Source of the DNA: Mobula hypostoma
Taxonomy: Eukaryota
Reading direction: 5' to 3'
NCBI RefSeq assembly: GCF_963921235.1
Contig: NC_086108.1
Span: 105,960,001-106,024,000 of the forward strand
Length of the DNA stretch: 64,000 bases
Shown here in pieces: positions 39,505 to 52,674 of this stretch. Positions within the stretch are counted from its first letter, which is position 1. The number at the start of each line of letters is the position of its first letter. A model generated the notes under the pieces. That model saw nothing but the letters and a program-made list of their open reading frames with translations. It had not been told where the DNA came from and searched no databases. A program made the translations under genes and the position numbers.

Positions 39505-40705
39505 GTCTTCTGCTGCTGTCGTCCGTCCACTTCAAGGCTCAATGTGTTGCGTGTTCTGAGGTGCTCTTTTGCACACCAATTCCGTAGTGCATGGTTATTT
39601 GAGTTACTGCTGCCTTCCTGTCACCAAGAACCAGTCCAGCCACTGTCCTCTGATCTTTCTCATTTACTCTTTTTCAAGGTGGCCAAGCTACATTCTTCAT
39701 GGACGGTGGGTTCTTGCTCTCGAAACTCGCCGAGCAGCCTGGCATTTCGGTATCACCAGGAATGGCCTGGAAGACATGCACGTTCGGGGTGGGCGACCTG
39801 ATTTCTTGCCGATGTCGCCAGCTGAAGACTAAAGATGCCACGGGAGACTGAAACATCAAGACAGCGGGCGGTGTACGCAACCCTGGGCGGCCTCTGCTCT
39901 CGAGCGATCTCTCTTTCTTTCTTGCTCGCTGGTGAGTGAGAACCTGCTGGCTCTTGAGTCAGGGAGACTTGAATAAGTGATGCTGCAGATTGTACTATCG
40001 AAACAGTGAGCTATTGGTCTCCCCTCTCATTTGTTGCAGGAGCGATCTCTCTGTCTCTCTCTCTCTCCCGCACTAGAGAGAGAGCCTGCCTGAGATGTCA
40101 AAAGTGTTGGGATGGACTGGAGTTTTTGATGTACTCTATATCATGGTCCCTCAGGACTATGTTGCTGCTTGTATGGTGGGTGGTGGGTGGGGAGTGATGC
40201 CTTTGCTGGAGCACGTGGGAGAAAGGGAGCAGGCTTTGAAGTCCTAATGTTTTCTGTCATTCATTCTTTGGAGTTATCTCTGTTTCATGGACGTCTGTGA
40301 AAATTAACAGGCTGTATATTGTACACTTTCTCTGATAGTAAATTGAAGCACTGAACATGGTGTTTATGTCCATAGAACTGTCACTCACTAAATGCTGATT
40401 TTTTTTTTGGGGGGGTGGTGCTTGCACCATTCTCTGTAAACACTGTTGTGCCTGAAAATCAGCAGGAGATCTGCAGTTTCTGAGATACTCAAACCACCCC
40501 ATCTGGCACCAACAATCATTCCACAGTCAAAGCCACTTATATCACATTCCTTCCCCTATTTGGATATTTGGTCTGAACAACAGCTGAACCTCTTGGCCAT
40601 GTCTGCATGCTTTTATGTATTGAGTTGCTGCCACGTGCTTGACTGATTAGATATTTGCATTAACAAGCAAGTGTACAGGTGTAGCTAATAAAGTGGTCTG
40701 AGTAT
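39505..40705 (-). mobile_element. Tc1 family A fossil interrupted by a non-autonomous retroelement (~39670-40350)
   Basis: Both flanks match 1657-2145 reversed; insert begins ttttcaaggtggc and ends gatagtaaattgaa. Confidence 0.7.
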
Positions 40706-41044
40706 ATATCTTTGGCTGTTCAGGGTTGTGACTTCGCTTGGCTTGGAAAACAAGCAGAAAATGAATTAGGATTGTTTTCAATCAAAACAATACTGATCTG
40801 CGGAAGTGCTTTTCCACGCACAAATGTGATATGTTTATCTTGCATTTTGCATTAAATTGCTTCATTACAAATACCGCTTTCTGCTCTAATCCACACATTC
40901 AAATCTAAATCCCCTGTGAGACACTCGCAGAGAAGTGGCTTTAGCCGCATGCAGAAAGAAGAGTTGCAGTTGAATTGAGTATCGAGGTGGCATTGAGTTA
41001 GTCAGAGGACAGAGAAAAGGTAGCAGGCAGTGGGTAGAGGTTCC

Positions 41045-41910
41045 CAAATATTAATTTCACTTCCTGTTCCCATTCTGTCATGTTCTCCTCTACTGCCATG
41101 ATAAGGGCCTCCTCAGGTTGGAGGAGCAACAACTTATATTCCATCTGAGTAACCTCTAACCTAATGACATGAACATTGATTTCTCTAACTTCTGGTAATT
41201 CCTGCCCCCTGCTGCTTCTCTCTTTTACCATTCCTCATTCTGGCTCGATGAGTGAAAGGGTGGAGAAACGCCTTTACTGCTGGAGGTGTATGACCCTCCT
41301 CCCCTCCACTAGGTGCAGGTCACCCTTGGACCAGATGTAGCCCCTATTTAGCCACCACTTTCCTCTCCCCCCCCCACCCCCCGCCACCCGCCGATCACGG
41401 TCATGTGAAGCCATGGGAGCAGGTGGTGGATGGTCATACGATCGGCAGGTATATATCACAAGTCCTGGTTAAGTGACCGCTGACACCAGGCAGACAATCT
41501 CTGAAGAGTACTGATAATGGCTGGGGTCACTCGTCTTGTAAAGACACTGCCCAGAAGGTAGCAATGGCAAACCACTTCTGAAGAAAAATTTGTGAAGAAC
41601 AATCGTGGTCATGAGACCATGATTGCCCACGTCTTATGACATGGCGTATAATGATGATGATCCTGGGTCCACTCTTACTCCTTCTCTTCTCCTCCTGCCT
41701 AGCAACTCCTCTGGTGCCCTTCCTCCTTCACTTTCTCCTATGGTCTATTGACTTCTCCTACCAGATTCCTTTTTCTTCAGCCTCTTATTGCTTCCAACTA
41801 TCACCTGCCTGCTTTACTCCTTCCCCTCCCTTCATCTTCTTATTCTGGATTTTTCCCCTCTTCCTTTCCAGTCCTGATGAAGAGTCTTGGCCTGAAACGT
41901 CAACTGTTGA
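41045..41910 (+). mobile_element. Penelope-like (Neptune) 3' fragment with an RTE-tailed short element (41245-41661) inside
   Basis: Matches 56040-56500; hammerhead core ctgatga..gaaacgtc at 41874-41901; insert has ggcaaaccacttctg and ends (atg)n. Confidence 0.7.
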
Positions 41911-42444
41911 TCATTTCAATGGGACTGATGGGACTGCAGTGTTGTGAGCAGAACCTCGGGTGTCGGGACTGGAGGCAAGGGTCCATCAGGTTTTGCTCAT
42001 TGCTCCACAATGTTTACTTCACTCTCCGTGGCACTGATGCCATGGCTGTGGCCTGCTCCAGGCTTCGTGTCTGTGAGCTCGGTTTTGGTCCGCTGTGTGA
42101 TAAACTGAGGCTGAGGCTGTAGGCCTGCCTCGGGCTTTGTGTCTGTGCACTCACTTTCATTCTGGATGCTGTTGCTTGCTATTACTGTTTGCATAATTTG
42201 TGTTTTTCTTCTCTCTCTGGATGTTTGTTATTTTTTTTTAAATGGGTTCTTTTGGGTTCCTTGTTTTGTGACTGTCTGTAAGGAGATGAATCTCTAGAGT
42301 GTATAATTTATACATATATTGATAATGAATGTTCTTTGAACTTTTAACTCTTTATAGATGCTGCCTGATCTGCTGAGATCCTCCAGCAGTTAGTGTGTGT
42401 CACTTCTCAAATGTTTTCAGATTAGCATTAAGCAGTCTCAGTAA

Positions 42445-43405
42445 ATCAACACTGGTGCACCTCAGGGATGTGTGCTTAGCCCACTGCTCTACTCTCTCTA
42501 CACCCATGACTGCATTGTTAGGCACAGCTCAAATACCACCTATTAACTTACAACCGTTGTTGACAGAATCTCAGATGGAGATGAGAGTGTGTACGGGAAC
42601 GAGATATACCAGCAAGTTGAGTGGTGCCACAGCAGCCATCTTGCAGTCAGCATCAGGAAAACCAAAGAGCTGATTGTGGACTTCAGAAGGGGTAAGATGA
42701 GGAAACATGAACTAATCCTCATACCCAGAGAGAGTGAGCAATTTTAATTCCCTGGGTGCCAATATCTTTGAGGATCTAACCAGGTCCCAACATATCGATG
42801 CAGCTACAAAGAAGGCAAGATGGTGGCTTTATTTCATAAGGAGTTTGAGGAGATTAGGTTTGTCACCTAAAACACTCAAACTTCTGCAGATGTACTGTGG
42901 AAAACATTCTGACTGGCTGCATCACCATTTGGTATGGGTGGGGGTTATTGCACAGGATCGAAGTAAGCTGCAGAGAGTTGTAAAATTAGTCAGCTCCGTC
43001 ATGGGCACGAGCCTCTGTAGTATCCAGTCACCTTCAGGGAGTGATTCTCAGAAAGGCGGCATCCATCAGTAAGGACCCCCACCACCCAGGACATGCCCTC
43101 TTCTCATTGTTTCCATCAGGTAGGAGGTACAGAAGCCTAAGGCACACACTCAGCAATTCAGGAACAGCTTCTTCCCCTTTACCATTTGATTCCTAAATGG
43201 ACATTGAACACTTGAATGATACCTCGTTACTTTTTAAATTTCTGTTTTTGCACTACTTATGTAAATGAAATTATTTAATATACATATATACTTACTGTAA
43301 TTCATTTTTTTCTATATTTATCAAGTATTGCATGGTACTGCTGCTGTAAAGTTGACAAATTTCACGGCAGTGCCAATGATATTAAACCTGATTCTGATTC
43401 TGAAG
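42445..43405 (+). mobile_element. Rex1/Babar LINE 3' ~1 kb
   Basis: PQGCVLSPLLYSLYT through LYFIRSLRR and the gattctgattctga tail. Confidence 0.85.
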
Positions 43406-44787
43406 TAGCGGCTTCTATTTCAAACAGCAGGACCACAAAATGCTTCTTCAATACATATCACTACCACTGTGCCATCTGTTTGCTTTTAACAATGTGTTAC
43501 TGAAGTCCCAGGCTAAAATCCAACATGATAAAAGACTGAGCAATATTTCACTTCATCAGCACTGGATGTTCTTCCCAACAACTGAGAAATGGTTTCAGTC
43601 CAGGATAAAACAATTTTACATAAATACTTCCTCTCCTTTTCCTGCTCTGGCTGTGATTATTTTAATATGTTTGGCCATAAGTCCAAACCTACAGCTTTTT
43701 CTCCACTTCACAAAATAGGTCAGGCACGACTTGGAGTGTGATTTATGGGATGTGAAGGCAAAGGTGTGGGGAGAAAATGAGGAGAGAATTCTGGCTGGTT
43801 GCATCGCTCTCTGGTCTGGAGGCTCCAATGCTGCAGAGGCTTGTAGCTACAGGACATTCTGTAGATGCTGGGAATCCAGGGTAACACAAAGTGCTGGAGG
43901 AACTCAGCATGTCAGGCAGTGTCTATTGAGAGGTACAAAGAGGCAATGTTTTGGACCGAGACTCTTATTCTGGACTCAGGTGGTTTGTAAACTCAGAAAG
44001 CTCCACCATGGGCATTAGTCTTTTCACCATCATCTTCAAAAGCCTATTCCTCAAGAAGGCTACATCAATCATTAAAGACCCTCACCAGGAATTTGACCTC
44101 CTCTCAATACTACCATCAGGAAGGAGGTACAGGAGCCTGAAGACCCAATGCATAGTACTGGAAAAAGCTTTAGAGGGTTGTAAACTCAGCCATCTTCATC
44201 ATGGGCACTAGCCTCCCCACCATTGAGGACACCTTCAAAATGAGATGCCACAAGCAGGCAGCATCCCATGAGGAACATGCCCTCCTCTCATTACTAACAT
44301 CAGGTATGAGGTACAGGAGCCTGAAAACACACATTCAATGTTTCAGAAACAGCTTCAGTTCCACCATCAGATTCCTGGATGGTGCATGAACCCAGGAGCA
44401 GTACTTCACCATTTTGCTCTATTTTTGCAGTGCTTACAGTATTTAAGAATATTCTTATTGTAACATTGTATTTTTTTAATGCCTTGCACTATACTGCTGC
44501 TGTAAGACAACCAATTTCATAGCATAGGTCAGCGATAATAAGACTGGTTCTCATTCAGTTGGCTCACTGAGACACAAGCCTACAGACGCTGGAGATGTGG
44601 AATGATGCACAAAGGAGCTGGAAGAATTCGACGGGTCAGGGACCATCTAAGGAGGGAAGTGGGCAGTCAGAGTTTCAGCTTGAGACCTTTCATATGGTTG
44701 AAGGATCTTAATGAAGTCACAGAGTCATTGGGCAGTAGACATGAAAACAGACCCTTCGGCATTTCTAGTCCATGTTGAACTGTTATT

Positions 44788-45255
44788 CAAGTCAAGTTTA
44801 TTGTCATTTAACTATATATATAGTGTGTGTGTGTGTGTGTGTGTATACATATACATATGCATACACATATACATACACACACACACATATATATATAACA
44901 TATATAATCATATAATGTATACAGAAATGAGATATTTCTCTGAACCAGGGTGCAAAGCACAGTAATACACATAACGCATTAACTTATGAAGGTAAGGATA
45001 AAATCTACAGATGAATCACACATAAATAACAAACTAATGTGAATTAATATTAATATTTTAAGGTATGGAACAGATTAACCAGTGACACTACGAACACAAT
45101 GCGGCTGGGAGTTCAGAAGCCTAATGCCCTGAGGGAAAAAATGTTTCCTATCCTGACCATTTTTGTTTTTATGCATCAGGGTCTCCTCTCTGATGGTAGA
45201 AAGTCAAGGAGGGTGCTGGATGGATCGGTGGGATCCTTAATAATGCTAAGGATCC
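44788..45255 (-). mobile_element. Rex1/Babar-type 3' end with compound (TG)/(TA)/(CA) microsatellite at 44813-44910
   Basis: Tail aatgacaataaacttgacttga; LPSERR-like coding remnant. Confidence 0.6.
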
Positions 45256-45379
45256 CTATAATATAAATACTTAATAATTCAAGCTAGTCCGATTGACCTA
45301 TACCTGAACCATAGCTCGCCATACCCCTCCCATCTGTGTTCTTATCTGAACCTCTCCTGTGTTGCAATCAAACCCATAC

Positions 45380-46245
45380 AGAACATAGAATAGTACAGCA
45401 ATGTTGTACCGACCCTCAAACCCTGCCTCCCCTATAAGCTCCCACCTTAAATTCCTCCATATACCTGTCTAGTAGTCTCTTAAACTTCACTAGTGTATCT
45501 GCCTCCGCCACTGACTCAGGCAGTGCATTCCACGCACCAACCACTCTCTGAGTAAAAAACTTTCTCTAATATCCCCCTTGAACTTCCCACCCCTTACCTT
45601 AAAGCCATGTCCTCTGGTATTGAGCAGTGGTGCCTTGGGGAAGAGGTGCTGGCTATCCACTCTATCTTTTCCTCTTATTATCTTGTACACCTCTATCATG
45701 TCTCCTCTCATCCTCCTCCTCTTCAAAGAGTAAAGCTCTAGCTCCCTTAATCTCTGATCATAATGCATACTCTCTAAACCAGGCAGCATCCTGGTAAATC
45801 TCCTCTGTACCCTTTCCAATACTTCCACATCCTTCCTCTAGTGAGGCGACCAGAACTGGACACAGTACTCCAAGTGTGGCCTAACCAGAGTTTTATAGAG
45901 CTGCACCATTGCATTGCGACTCTTAACTCTATCCCTCAACTTATGAAAGCTAACACCCCATAAGCTTTCTTAACTACCCTATCCACCTGTGAGGTGACTT
46001 TCAGGGATCTGTGGACATGTACCCCGAGATCCCTCTGCTCCTCCACACTACCAAGTATCCTGCCATTTACTTTGTACTCTGCCTTGGAGATTGTCCTTCC
46101 AAAGTGTGCCACCTCACACTTCTCCGGGTTGAACTCCATCTGCCACTTCTCAGCCCATCTCTGCATCCTATTCATGTCTCTCTGCAATCTTTGACAATCC
46201 TCTACACTATCTATAATACCACCAACCTCTGTGTCATCTGCAAAC
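45380..46245 (-). mobile_element. 5'-truncated CR1, same young subfamily as 19962-23875
   Basis: Close visual identity to 19975-20860. Confidence 0.92.
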
Positions 46246-47719
46246 ATCCACCACTTCTGCTGGCGGTTCATTCCACATGCACACCACCTTCTGAGAGAAG
46301 ACATTTCCATTGACATGTTCTTCTCAGGTTGGCAGGCCGTGATGAGCGACACCACAGGGATTGGAAACTAGGCACTGACTCTTCACCATCCATACCTGTG
46401 GTTTGGCTGAGGGCACCAAGGTCACTGTTCAGGAACAAGGCTGGTGAACCTTAAGTTAAACATTCATGATTTAAAATCTAGGCCAATATGCAATTCTTCT
46501 CAGAAAGAGTGACAGAAATCTGGAATTCTTTTCCAAGGTATCTGAGGGTGTATATGTGTGTATATGTTAGGCTAGGGGCGGTGGGGGGGTTGCGTTGGGT
46601 CATGTTAGGCCTGGGGAGGTCAAGCCGTTGGGCCTGGGGATTTGTGTCGGGCCAAGAAGCTGGAAGGGTTTTGAAGAGCTGGCCTGACCTGGGTGGAGAC
46701 TGTGCTGGTGCATGCCACTCGGAAGGAGCAGAGTTGGTGCCTTTGAGTCGGCGTGTGGGCAGTGTGCAGTGAATTCGTGACCGACTGTTCTGGACGTTTC
46801 TTTTGCAGTTGCAAGGCCCTGTTGGACATTGATTGTCACAGGCCTGCTTCCTGTGTTTGATTAAACCTACCGCACAATCAATCTAACTCTTCCCTCCTAC
46901 ACAGACTACAACCTTCCATGTTTCTTACATCCATGCTCCAATCTAAGTCTTTTAAATGTTTCGAAGGTAGGCACCTCTACTACCATTACCAGCAATACTT
47001 TCCAGGTATCCATTGCTCTCTGTGTGAAAAAAACTCTTTCTTTTAATGTCTTGTAACTTCAAAACATTAAACTAATCCAAAGGAAGACACAGAAGTCCAA
47101 AATATACGTCTAACTGAGTTTATTTTACAGGAGGTGCGCACATATCATGTGGTAGCATGATGACATGTTTTTCCAGAAACCATAATGAATTATGTAAACA
47201 AAAAGAATGCTTAATCAAACAACATATTTACAAGATTATTCAAATATTACTGAAATATTAAATGCCCGACATTTTCCTCCATTCACCTTAAATGGATGTC
47301 TTCTGGTAGAGTCATTGCCATGCTTGGAAAAAGGCTCTGGCTGCCTGTTCTGTCTATAGCTCTTGTAATCTTATCCTTGGGAGGTTGGAAGATCAATTGA
47401 CTGAGATTGACACTGAATAAGTAAATCCAATATATGTAGGGGGATGGAATCAGATCAGGCAGAAGGCTTAAAGAGCTAAATGAATCTTGAATTTAATGAA
47501 TGTTGGAGGAAAGTCAGGACAATGCATAGTCTGCTTTCACTTGAAGGCATATCTACAACTTGAGAAGCAGGGAATATGCTGTTGCCGAAGAGATCTAAAT
47601 CAGATGAGCAATTTCAGGATACAATTTTTACTCCTAACAGCTGATACTATTAAAGGAGTTATGCTTACACATATGGGATAAGGTATCCCCTTTAACAGAG
47701 AGAGAACGTTTAGGACTAT

Positions 47720-48175
47720 AGACTGGGATAATAACGGGATTAACATATGAGGAACATTTGATGGATCTCAGCCTACACTCGCTGGAGCTCAGAAAGATGA
47801 GGGGGTTCTCACTGAAACCTATCAAATATTGAAAGGGCTAGATAGAGTGGACATGGAGAGGATGTTTCCCAGAGTAGGGGAGTCTAGGACCAGAGAACAC
47901 AGCCTCAGAATAAGACACCCCTTTAGAACAGAGATGAGTGAGAATTTCTTTAACCAGAAGATGATGAATCTGTGAAACCCTTTGCCACAGATGGCTATGA
48001 AGGCCATCATACTTAAAGTGGGAGTTGATAGTCGCTTGATTAAAAAAGGGGTCAAAGGTTATGCGAGAAGGCAGGGGAATGGGTTGGAGAGGTATAATAA
48101 ATTAGTCATAATGGAATGGTCAACAGACTCATTGGGCTGAAAGGCCTAATTCTGCTTCTATGTCTTCTGGTATTA
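47720..48175 (+). mobile_element. CR1 3' fragment
   Basis: KGLDRVDMERMFP remnant and CR1 3' UTR. Confidence 0.75.
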
Positions 48176-48773
48176 TAACCTATTTAGGATCAAAACCTAT
48201 TATTTGTCAGATAGTTTTATTGGGTTCATTATCTCAGGCCAATAGTATTAAATGACCCTTCACACTGTCTGTCTCCTTTAACAAGATTCCTCCCACTGTC
48301 AAGTCATTCACTACCCTTCCCTTCCAAAGGTCCCCTTTCCTTTGCAACTTCCCGGACTACTTTTCCATCTCCACCAACCACGTTCTCATTGCACCTGCAG
48401 GAGATACAACTTCTTTCCTTTTAGCTCATCCTTTCCCACCGTCCAGGCATTCAAGTGGTCCTCAGTGAGGTAGCAATTCAGTTGCATTGTATTTAGTGCT
48501 CATAATGTGGTCACCTCCGTAGTGGAGAAACATGAAACAGAGCTGTTCAGCACAGTAGAGGCCCTCTCACCCACAATGTTTTGCCGTCCTTTTAATCTGG
48601 ACCAGACTTGGAATATTGTGTTCAGTTCTGGTCGCATCATTATGGAAAAGATGTGGAAGCTTTAGAGAGGACGCAGAGGAGATTTACCAGGATCCTGTCT
48701 GATTTAGAAAGTATATCTTATGAGGACTGTTCAAATTCAAGTTCGTGTTCCTTGTCATCTCACTGGAAATACA

Positions 48774-51021
48774 CAGTATCTATAAAAATTATTCAAACCA
48801 CTCCCCCCCCGCCGAAAGATTTGATGTTTTGTTGTTTTAGTGGATTTGATTTGGCTTTTTTGACTTGACACTGATCAACAGAAAAGAGTCTTTTGTGTCA
48901 AAGTCAAAACAAATTTCTATAAATTGGTCTAAATTTATTACAATTATTAAACACAAAATAATTGATTGCATAATTACTCACCCTCTTCAGGACAGTATTT
49001 AGTAGCTGCACCTTTGACAGCAATCACAACCTTGAGTCTGTGTGGATAGGTTTCTATCAGTTCTACACATTTAGACACTGTAATTTCCCCCCATTTTTCT
49101 TTACAAATCTGCTCAAGCTCAGACAGGTTGCATGGGGATCATGAATGAACAGTCCTTATCAAGTCCAGCCATAAATTCTCAACTGGGTTAAATTCTAGAT
49201 TCTGATTTGGCCACTCCAGGACTTTAACTTTGTTGTTTTTAAGCCATTCCTGTGTAGCTTTGCCTTCATTATTGGGATCTTGCTGGAAAACAAATATTCT
49301 TCCAAGTCACAGTTCTCTTGCAGACTGCATCAGCGTTTCCTTCCAGATTTCCCTATACTTTGCTGCATTCATTTTACCCTCTGCCTTCCAGGGCCTGCTG
49401 CAGTGAAGCATCCCCACAGCATGGTACAGCCATCACCATGCTTCACAGTAGAAATATAGAAACATAGAAACCCTACAGCACAATACAGGCCCTTCGGCCC
49501 ACAGAGTTGTGCCGAACATGTCCCTACCTTAGAAATTACGAGGCTTACCTATAGTCCTCTATTTTGCTAAACTCCATGTACCTATCTAAAAGCCTCTTAA
49601 AAGACCCTATCATATCCGCCTCCACCACTGTTGCCGGCAGCCCATTCCACGCACTCACCACTCTGAGTAAAAAACTTACCCCTGACATCTCCTCTGTACC
49701 TACTCCCCAGCACCTTAAACCTGTGCCCTCTTGTGGCAAATATTTCAGCCCTGGGAAAAAGCCTCTGACTATCCACACAATCAATGCCTCTCATCATCTT
49801 ATACACCTCTATCAGGTCACCTCTCATCCTCCGTCACTCCAAGTAGAAAAGGCCAAGTTCACTCAACCTGTTCTCATAATTCATGCTCCCCAATCCAGGC
49901 AACATCCTTGTAAATCTCCTCTGCACCCTTTCTATGGTTTCCACATCCTTCCTATAGTGAGGCGACCAGAACTGAGCACAGTACTCCAAGTGGGGTCTGA
50001 CCAGGGTCCTATATAGCCGCAACATTACCTCTCAGCTACTAAATTGGTAGGGATGTGTATTTTTGACGATGTGCGGTGTTTGGCTTATGCCAAACGTAGC
50101 ATTTAGTCTGATGGCTAAAAATCTCAATTTTGGTTTCATCAGACCATAGAATCTTTTTCCAGGTGACTTCAGAGTCTCCCTCGTGCTTTCTGGCAAACTC
50201 TAGCTGAGATTTCATGCGAGTTCTTTTTTCCACCAATGGCATTTTCTCTGCTACTCTCTGATAAAGCTGCAACTGATGAAGGCACCTGGGCAACAGCTGT
50301 TGTATGCGCAATCTCTTCTATCTCAGCCACTGAAGTGTGTAGCTCCTTCAGAGTTGTCACAGTATCTTGGTGGCCTCCCTCACTCCTCCCCTTCTTGCGC
50401 GGTCACTGAGTTTTTGAGGACAGCCTGCTCTAGGCAGATTTACAGCTGTGCCATATTCTTTCCATTTCTTGATGATTGACTAAACTGTACTCCGAGGGAT
50501 ATTCAGTGACTTGGAAATTTTCTTGTATCCATCCCCTGACTTGTGCTTTGCAATTACCTTTTAGTGGAGTTGCTTGGAGTGTTCTTTTGTCTTCATGGTG
50601 TAGTTTTTGTCAGGATACTGACTCACCGGCAGTTGGACCTTCCAGATACAGGTGTATTTTTACTACAATCAATTGAAACACCTTGACTGCCCACACGTGA
50701 TCTCCATCTAACTAATTATGTGACTTCTCAAATCAATTAGCTGCTCCAGGGATAATTTGTTCTGTCACATTAAAGAGGGTGAATACTTATGCAATCAATG
50801 ATTTTGTGTTTTATATTTGTAATTCATTAAGGTCACCTTGTAGAGATCTGTTTCACTTTGACAGAAGAGACTTTTTCTGTTGATCAGTGTCAAAAAACCA
50901 AATTAAATCCATACACGAGGAATTCCAATTCCAAACTAAATCCATTGTGGTTCAATGTTGTCTAACAATATAACGTGAAAAATTTCAAGGGGAGGGGTGT
51001 GAATAGTTTTTATAGGCACAG
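48774..51021 (-). mobile_element. IR/DR Tc1 transposon (Passport-like), decayed, with nested CR1 at 49449-50045
   Basis: ~210-bp inverted termini; transposase 50596-~48992 begins MKTKEHSKQL..KSGDGYKKISKSLNIP, WSDETKIE, ends KGAATKY. Confidence 0.85.
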
Positions 51022-51940
51022 TACGTTCCTCTGGACCCAAGTGCACCCCCAAAACAAATATCATACACAGCAAATGAAAGAAAACATTACCATAAATAAG
51101 TTGATGTAACAGAATTCCAAAATGCATCTATTGCACAACACAGGTAAACTGTAAGCAGTAATTAGCACTCTCGCCCTGTGACGGTAGTGACAGAGTATTC
51201 ATTAGTCTCACGTTATGAGGAAGAATCTGTTATCTAGTCTGACAGTCCTAGTCCTGATGTTCCTGTACCTGTAGACTGAATGAGCTATGAATTTTCTTTT
51301 TGGAGCGAAGGAGGATGAAAGGTAACTTAATAGAGGTGTACACAATGTCAAGATTGAATGGATAGCCAGAGACATTTTCCCAGGCAGAAATGGCTAACAC
51401 GGGGAAACATAATTTTAATGTGATTAGAGGAGTGAAGAGGGAACGTCAGAGGTATGTTCTTTTTTAAAACAGACAGAGTGATAGGTGCATGGAATGTGCT
51501 ATCAGAGGTGGAGGAGAGGCAGATACATTAAGGACATTTAAGAGACTCTTGTATAGGCACATGGATGATAGAAAATGGAGGACTATGCAGGAAGGAAGGA
51601 TTAGATTGATCTTAGAGTAAATTAAAAGGTTGATGCAACACCATGGGCTAAGGGGCCTGTACTGTGCTGTACTGTTCTATATTCTATGTTGGATGTTTCG
51701 GGCAGAGACTCTTGTCAGGTTAGATTATTAAGTTTCAGTCTCTGGAGTCTAAACTCTTTGCCTTGGAGGTGAAATGTTACTTCTCTATTGTTCCTCAGCA
51801 GACCGACACCTTTAATGTCTAGTTAACCCCCCATGCACTGTGGCAGCTAAGGAAAACTGAGCACTTGTCCTAGAATGTCAGGCAAAATTGTTCATTTTAT
51901 GCAACACGTTGAGACAGGATGTCCAAGCTGTGACGCTTAC

Positions 51941-52117
51941 CACATGGTCACATCTCCAATCTCGCTGACAGCACTGTTGTACCTTGGGGAATCTGCTCAC
52001 TGCGCATGAAGCGGATGCAACATAGTCAAAAAGGAAGGAAGGCTTTATTCTCAGTCCTGCCAAAATTCCCAAGACAGCAGCGAGATTTCCAACCCCTAAC
52101 CCATGGACCTCAGAAAC
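51941..52117 (-). CDS. Candidate internal exon, 177 nt, phase 0-0 (VSEVHGLGVGNLAAVLGILAGLRIKPSFLFDYVASASCAVSRFPKVQQCCQRDWRCDHV)
   Basis: ttttcttattttagtaatttgttcag acceptor, TG|gtaagc donor, single open frame. Confidence 0.6.
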
Positions 52118-52304
52118 CTGAACAAATTACTAAAATAAGAAAAGTTAATGATGGATTGCCTGACATGGTTACTTGATCAATGTCCTCAGAGGATTCCTTG
52201 CCAACTCTGTGTCTTTTCACAGCCCAACTAGGAAGTCAGATGAAGTTCTCTTAGGGACGTAAACCTCAATAAAGCTTTCATTCTCGGTAGTAAGGAAGAA
52301 AGGA

Positions 52305-52585
52305 AAACTTTCATTAATATAGTATCTTTAATATGTCTGTCTGCACATCCCTCAGCACTTTACAATACTAAAGTGTTTTTGAAGTGCAGTTAGTATTATG
52401 ATATTGGTAATATGGCACTAGATCTTTTCAGTTTGAGCTCTATAAAAAGCGATATGATTATGTCCAGACCGTTCACTTTTAAGAACTGTATTCTGAATAA
52501 TAAATATTGGACAGGACACTATGGGCAACTCCTCTGTTCTTCAATTAAGTAGAGCTTTGGGACCTTTTACGTCCACCTGAATGAA
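52305..52585 (-). mobile_element. Ancient Deu-domain SINE (SacSINE1/AmnSINE1-like) fragment
   Basis: taaatattggacaggacac..gggaccttttacgtccacctga and cactttaca..tttgaagtg match the recalled Deu domain reversed. Confidence 0.65.
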
Positions 52586-52674
52586 CATCATAAAAGTAAA
52601 AAGTCAGATTTATTGACATACTGTATGCACATGCTGTACTTGAGTCTAAGAGTAAGGAAGTCCTTCTGCATATA

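Noticed and set aside
47047..47270. Small solo LTR (TG...CA) inside a CR1 tail
   Set aside because: Looks like an insertion but has no clear TSD; not enough support to call
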